64,000 bases of DNA from a virus (lineage: Duplodnaviria > Caudoviricetes), in IMG/VR virus record IMGVR_UViG_3300031992_000016, positions 32,001-96,000 of that record; one strand, 5' to 3'. This document shows, one piece after another, positions 60,409 to 64,000 of this stretch. The position numbers and the translations under genes are program-made. How positions within the stretch are numbered: position 1 is the first letter of the stretch; every line of letters begins with the position of its first letter. The notes beneath the pieces are model-generated. The model was not told the origin of the DNA and did not search any database. It worked only from the letters and a program-made list of their open reading frames with translations.

Positions 60409-62754
60409 TTAACGCTCTATAAATTGTGTAGCATTAACACTAAACATTTTTTTACTTATTTGCGCAGGTTTATTTAAATCTTCTTCTGTTTCAGTAAAAT
60501 GAGAAGCTTCAAATATACCTGTTCTTTTTATTTGTGGTTTAAACTCATTGTCAGCAATATACCACTATAAATGCCGTACTTTCCATGTAACTGGATTAGA
60601 CTATCCGTTGGTTACTAGCCCTAAACTTGAATAGTCTCTGATTGGTAAATGATTAGTATTGCCATTGTTAGTGTTTGAAGCACCACGATAAATTCTAGTC
60701 CATTTATTTGCAGGAATTGCTATAATTGAAGCCAAGCGTGTGCCTGTTGCATCATTATCATTTCCTGCCCAATTTACATCAGTACCACCAGCAGTATTAT
60801 TATAGTCTGTATTTATATTTAATGCAATCGGTGTCCATACCTCAGCAGTCCAGCGGTAGGTCGCGCCATATGGTACCATTAATGCTGGCGTATCTGCTAA
60901 ACGAACTCCATAGCCCCATGAAGAAGTACCAACAGGAGATACAATCGTATATGTGTCTGTTTTTTCATCATAAGATACAGAAGTCGCACTGTTATTTACA
61001 AGTTTCGCATTGATCATCATATCATTATTTTCCTATACTTCATATGGATGCATATTACCAAATTTATCTATCTTTATACCAACATTATACAACTATTTTA
61101 TTTCCGTGTCAAGTAACGCAGTACAATAGATACGAAAATCACTATAACTACCTAATGTTTTTCTCCATACACCACCAGCCTTTGAAAAACCAATATATAA
61201 TTGACTAAACGAAGCTAACGTTTTTCCTGCTCCAATAGTTACATTACTTTTTTCGATACCATCCTAATATGTGCGCGCAGTTGTTCCATCATAAGTAACA
61301 GCATAATGATGCCATTCATTTTTTATATATGAAAAATTTAAACGCTTTACACCAGAGCCATCACTTGGGTAAATATCAAAACCACTATCACGATGATGGA
61401 ATGCAGTTAAATTATAATCGGTTGGCGCGGTTTCATTATTTGATGTACAAAAAACCGCATGACTTGTACTATTACCATAACCACTTTCTGGTTTTCCCCA
61501 CCACGTGACAGTCATTTGAGAAGGAGTTGTTAAAGTTAATGGTGTTTGGATATAACATAATCCAGTATTATTATTGGTCGTTGGCTCTGAACTATTCCAT
61601 TTTGTTGCAACAGTATATCTTTTAGTATCTGTTGTAGATATTAAATTACCAATAATAGTACCATTATGATTATATCCACTACTATCTTCAATAATATTAT
61701 TATTATATGTCTAACACCATGGAGTAGCTTTATTACCCCATTCTAATTTCATACATTTCCACTATTCAGTAGTAGTAGTAGTTATTGAAGTATTATGATT
61801 CGTAATTAATAGTTGTAATGTTGTATAATCTGTATTTAAAGCAAAAGTTACAGATGAACGTCCTGATGAAGAGGCAGCAATGACTTCCGTAGATAATACT
61901 GTTGGCCTATCACTACTACTTTTATATTGCTAAACACGAGCTTTTAATGGTTTCTGACCTGATATAGCATTGATGTCTATACTAAAAGTAAACTAATCAC
62001 CATTTTTTGCCCCTGTGGCTTCAACAAAACTAGTAATTGGCATTTCCCAAATAGTTGTATAATATTGACCAATAGAGAAATTAGTCCAAGTATTAACATT
62101 ATTATTGGTTAAATTTATAGAATTATCTAACTTATAATGTAATATTAATCCTCGCGCAATTTCTGACACTTCTGCAGATGATAAACAATGATCATACAGT
62201 CTGACATCATTCATCCACCCATTTAATGGATTGCCAGTACCTGTCTATGTAGTACCAATATAAGTAGCAGTTGCAGTTGCTTTTGTTGGCGCAGTCCCTG
62301 CGGTTCCCGCAGTTCGCAAACCATTTATATATACTGCTTTTGTATTTTTACTTTTACTATAAGTAAAACAAATATGATACCACTAATTTGCTACAAATGA
62401 TAATCCAGCGCTAAGATTAATAGTCCAACGTTCGCCAGTATCAAAATATAATTGACTAGCATTCATTATCCATGCCGCAAATCCAGTTGAAGCAGTTTCA
62501 CTACGATTACAAAATAAAGTTGCGGCAGAAAAAGAAGCCATTTTAATCCAACAGCAAAAACTCATTTCATCAGTATTATTATCCCATAAAGCCGGTGTCA
62601 ATGTGATATTACTATTGTTACTAGAAGTAAATCTATAACACTAACCAATTTTTCCATTTGTATCAACAGTAAGACTATTACTATTAACAGTAGTATCACT
62701 AATACCTTGATTATGTAAATCCCCAGTAAGGGGGAGCCATACTCGCAAACTCAT
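60409..62754 (-). CDS. tail protein with two LamG/concanavalin-like domains, 781 aa (multiple TAG)
   Basis: MSLRVWLPLTG; WYHICFTY; MNDVRLYDHCLS; WHHYAVTYDG; DFRIYCTAL; track fragments in one frame. Confidence 0.8.
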
Positions 62755-62766
62755 ATAACTCCCTCC

Positions 62767-64000
62767 TTACACAAAGATGAAATCAATACATTCATCGCCG
62801 TCATTCCATGCGCTGTATGCATATTCAGTGGTGCCATAATGCCATGAATAACGATAAGCACTTAATTCACCAGGAGTGGTTGTTAAATATACGCCACTAT
62901 CTCCAGTAAGTGATACGTTTGCGGCAGTCGCAGCTAATGCTGATGTTGTGCCAAGCAAATAAGTTTTGGTTGTCTAATTTAATGCCGCAGAAATTTTAGA
63001 TGCAGTTGCTGCATTTCCAGTATATTGAGTAGCGCTTACATATGAAGTTGTGCTACTGCCTAAATATACTGTACTAGCCTATAAGCTAGCCGTGCCAGTG
63101 GAACTGCCAAAAATAAATTTAGTTGGTATCGCACGGCTATCTTTCGCGCGATAGCCAAAAAATATTGTTGTACTAGTATTTGTACCGCCAAAATTTATTT
63201 CATTATTGTTTTCTGGATATAACCAAAGTCCAGTAACACCAGATTTGGTTGCTGTTGCGGCATTAGTTACTGTTTCATCACGATACCAAGGCCTATAAGC
63301 ATCTCGAGTAGCTTGTACAGTGCCCGTAGAAGTAGCTTCCTAAACAATTTCAAAAGCATCATATAAATTAATTTGCGTATAACCGTTAGTAACATTAAAT
63401 ACATCAATACCAGTATAACTTTTTATAGGTATTGAAACCCAAAGAGTGCGATAATTAGAAACAGCATCATTATCATAACCAAAACTAACTGTTAATTTAT
63501 CTGTAGACGTTCCACCAATAATAACTGCTTTTGGCTCATACCATAAACTATTCCCATAATTATATCCACTAATACCTATATCAGTATAATCATAAGATTG
63601 ATAAACACGAATGGTAAATGCTAGCATCCAATTAGTTTTAGTTTTAATTTTTACTTTTAAAACGCCATTTAAGGAACCCGAAGTTGTAGACCAATGTGCC
63701 GCAGAAGTATGTTTAGCAGTACCCCATAATGTATTTGCATAAATATTATTCCAGCGTAAAGAAGAAGTACCTAAATCTTTAGTTGCTGTAACTAATGGAT
63801 ATAAATTACCAGACAAACCAACATCGTATGTATTCATACCAATACGAACAGTATTATTCCATGTTGTAGCACTAGTACTACTTGTTCCGCTTTGAATTGC
63901 AAAATAATTTGTATCAGCCGTTCCGGAGCCTAAAGAACCAATACGCCAAGATGCTCCAGCTGTTTTATTACTATTATACCAAAAATTAACAAATTTATCT
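62767..64000 (-). CDS. tail fiber protein, start outside window (multiple TAG)
   Basis: Fragments 63340 and 62767 in one frame; DLGTSSLRWNNIY; C-terminal DFIFV. Confidence 0.75.

Noticed and set aside
49728-64000. Apparent pseudogenisation of lysis and tail genes
   Set aside because: All breaks checked are in-frame TAG with the frame preserved, and a suppressor tRNA is present
54436-64000. Diversity-generating retroelement or invertible tail cassette
   Set aside because: No reverse transcriptase, recombinase or template/variable repeat pair noticed in this window

Overview
64 kb of a large lytic-type dsDNA phage genome. The host is probably an anaerobic Bacillota/Clostridia member, inferred from 20 consensus sigma-A promoters with extended -10, NrdD/NrdG and a SpoIID-NlpC/P60-SH3 endolysin. 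The phage uses an alternative genetic code: TAG is read as a sense codon, almost certainly Gln (code 15), and a CUA-anticodon suppressor tRNA lies at 5355-5447. Many fragments in the standard-code ORF track therefore join into single genes. Layout: (1) 1-7.3 kb, phoH end plus 15 tRNAs interleaved with small ORFs and unexplained structured RNAs; (2) 7.3-11.5 kb, structural-like/secreted genes and a nucleobase-salvage pair; (3) 11.6-20 kb, an RNA-repair-like set (DUF2828/TROVE-like vWA protein, nucleotidyltransferase, RNA ligase, kinase, phosphoesterases); (4) 21-49.7 kb, replication and nucleotide metabolism; (5) 49.7-64 kb on the minus strand, lysis and tail genes rich in TAG codons. The most notable observations are: a family of six stem-bounded ACAGCAA-motif RNAs inside the tRNA cluster, two carrying a complete circularly permuted tRNA module (T arm, loop-closed acceptor stem, D arm; the YrlA Y-RNA topology), in a genome that also encodes a DUF2828 Ro/TROVE-like protein and RNA-repair enzymes; a hidden 34-aa CxxxCxxxC peptide coupled to a TAG-interrupted radical SAM enzyme inside the tail module; and an amber suppressor tRNA with an atypical long variable arm. 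All calls were made by eye with no database searches.
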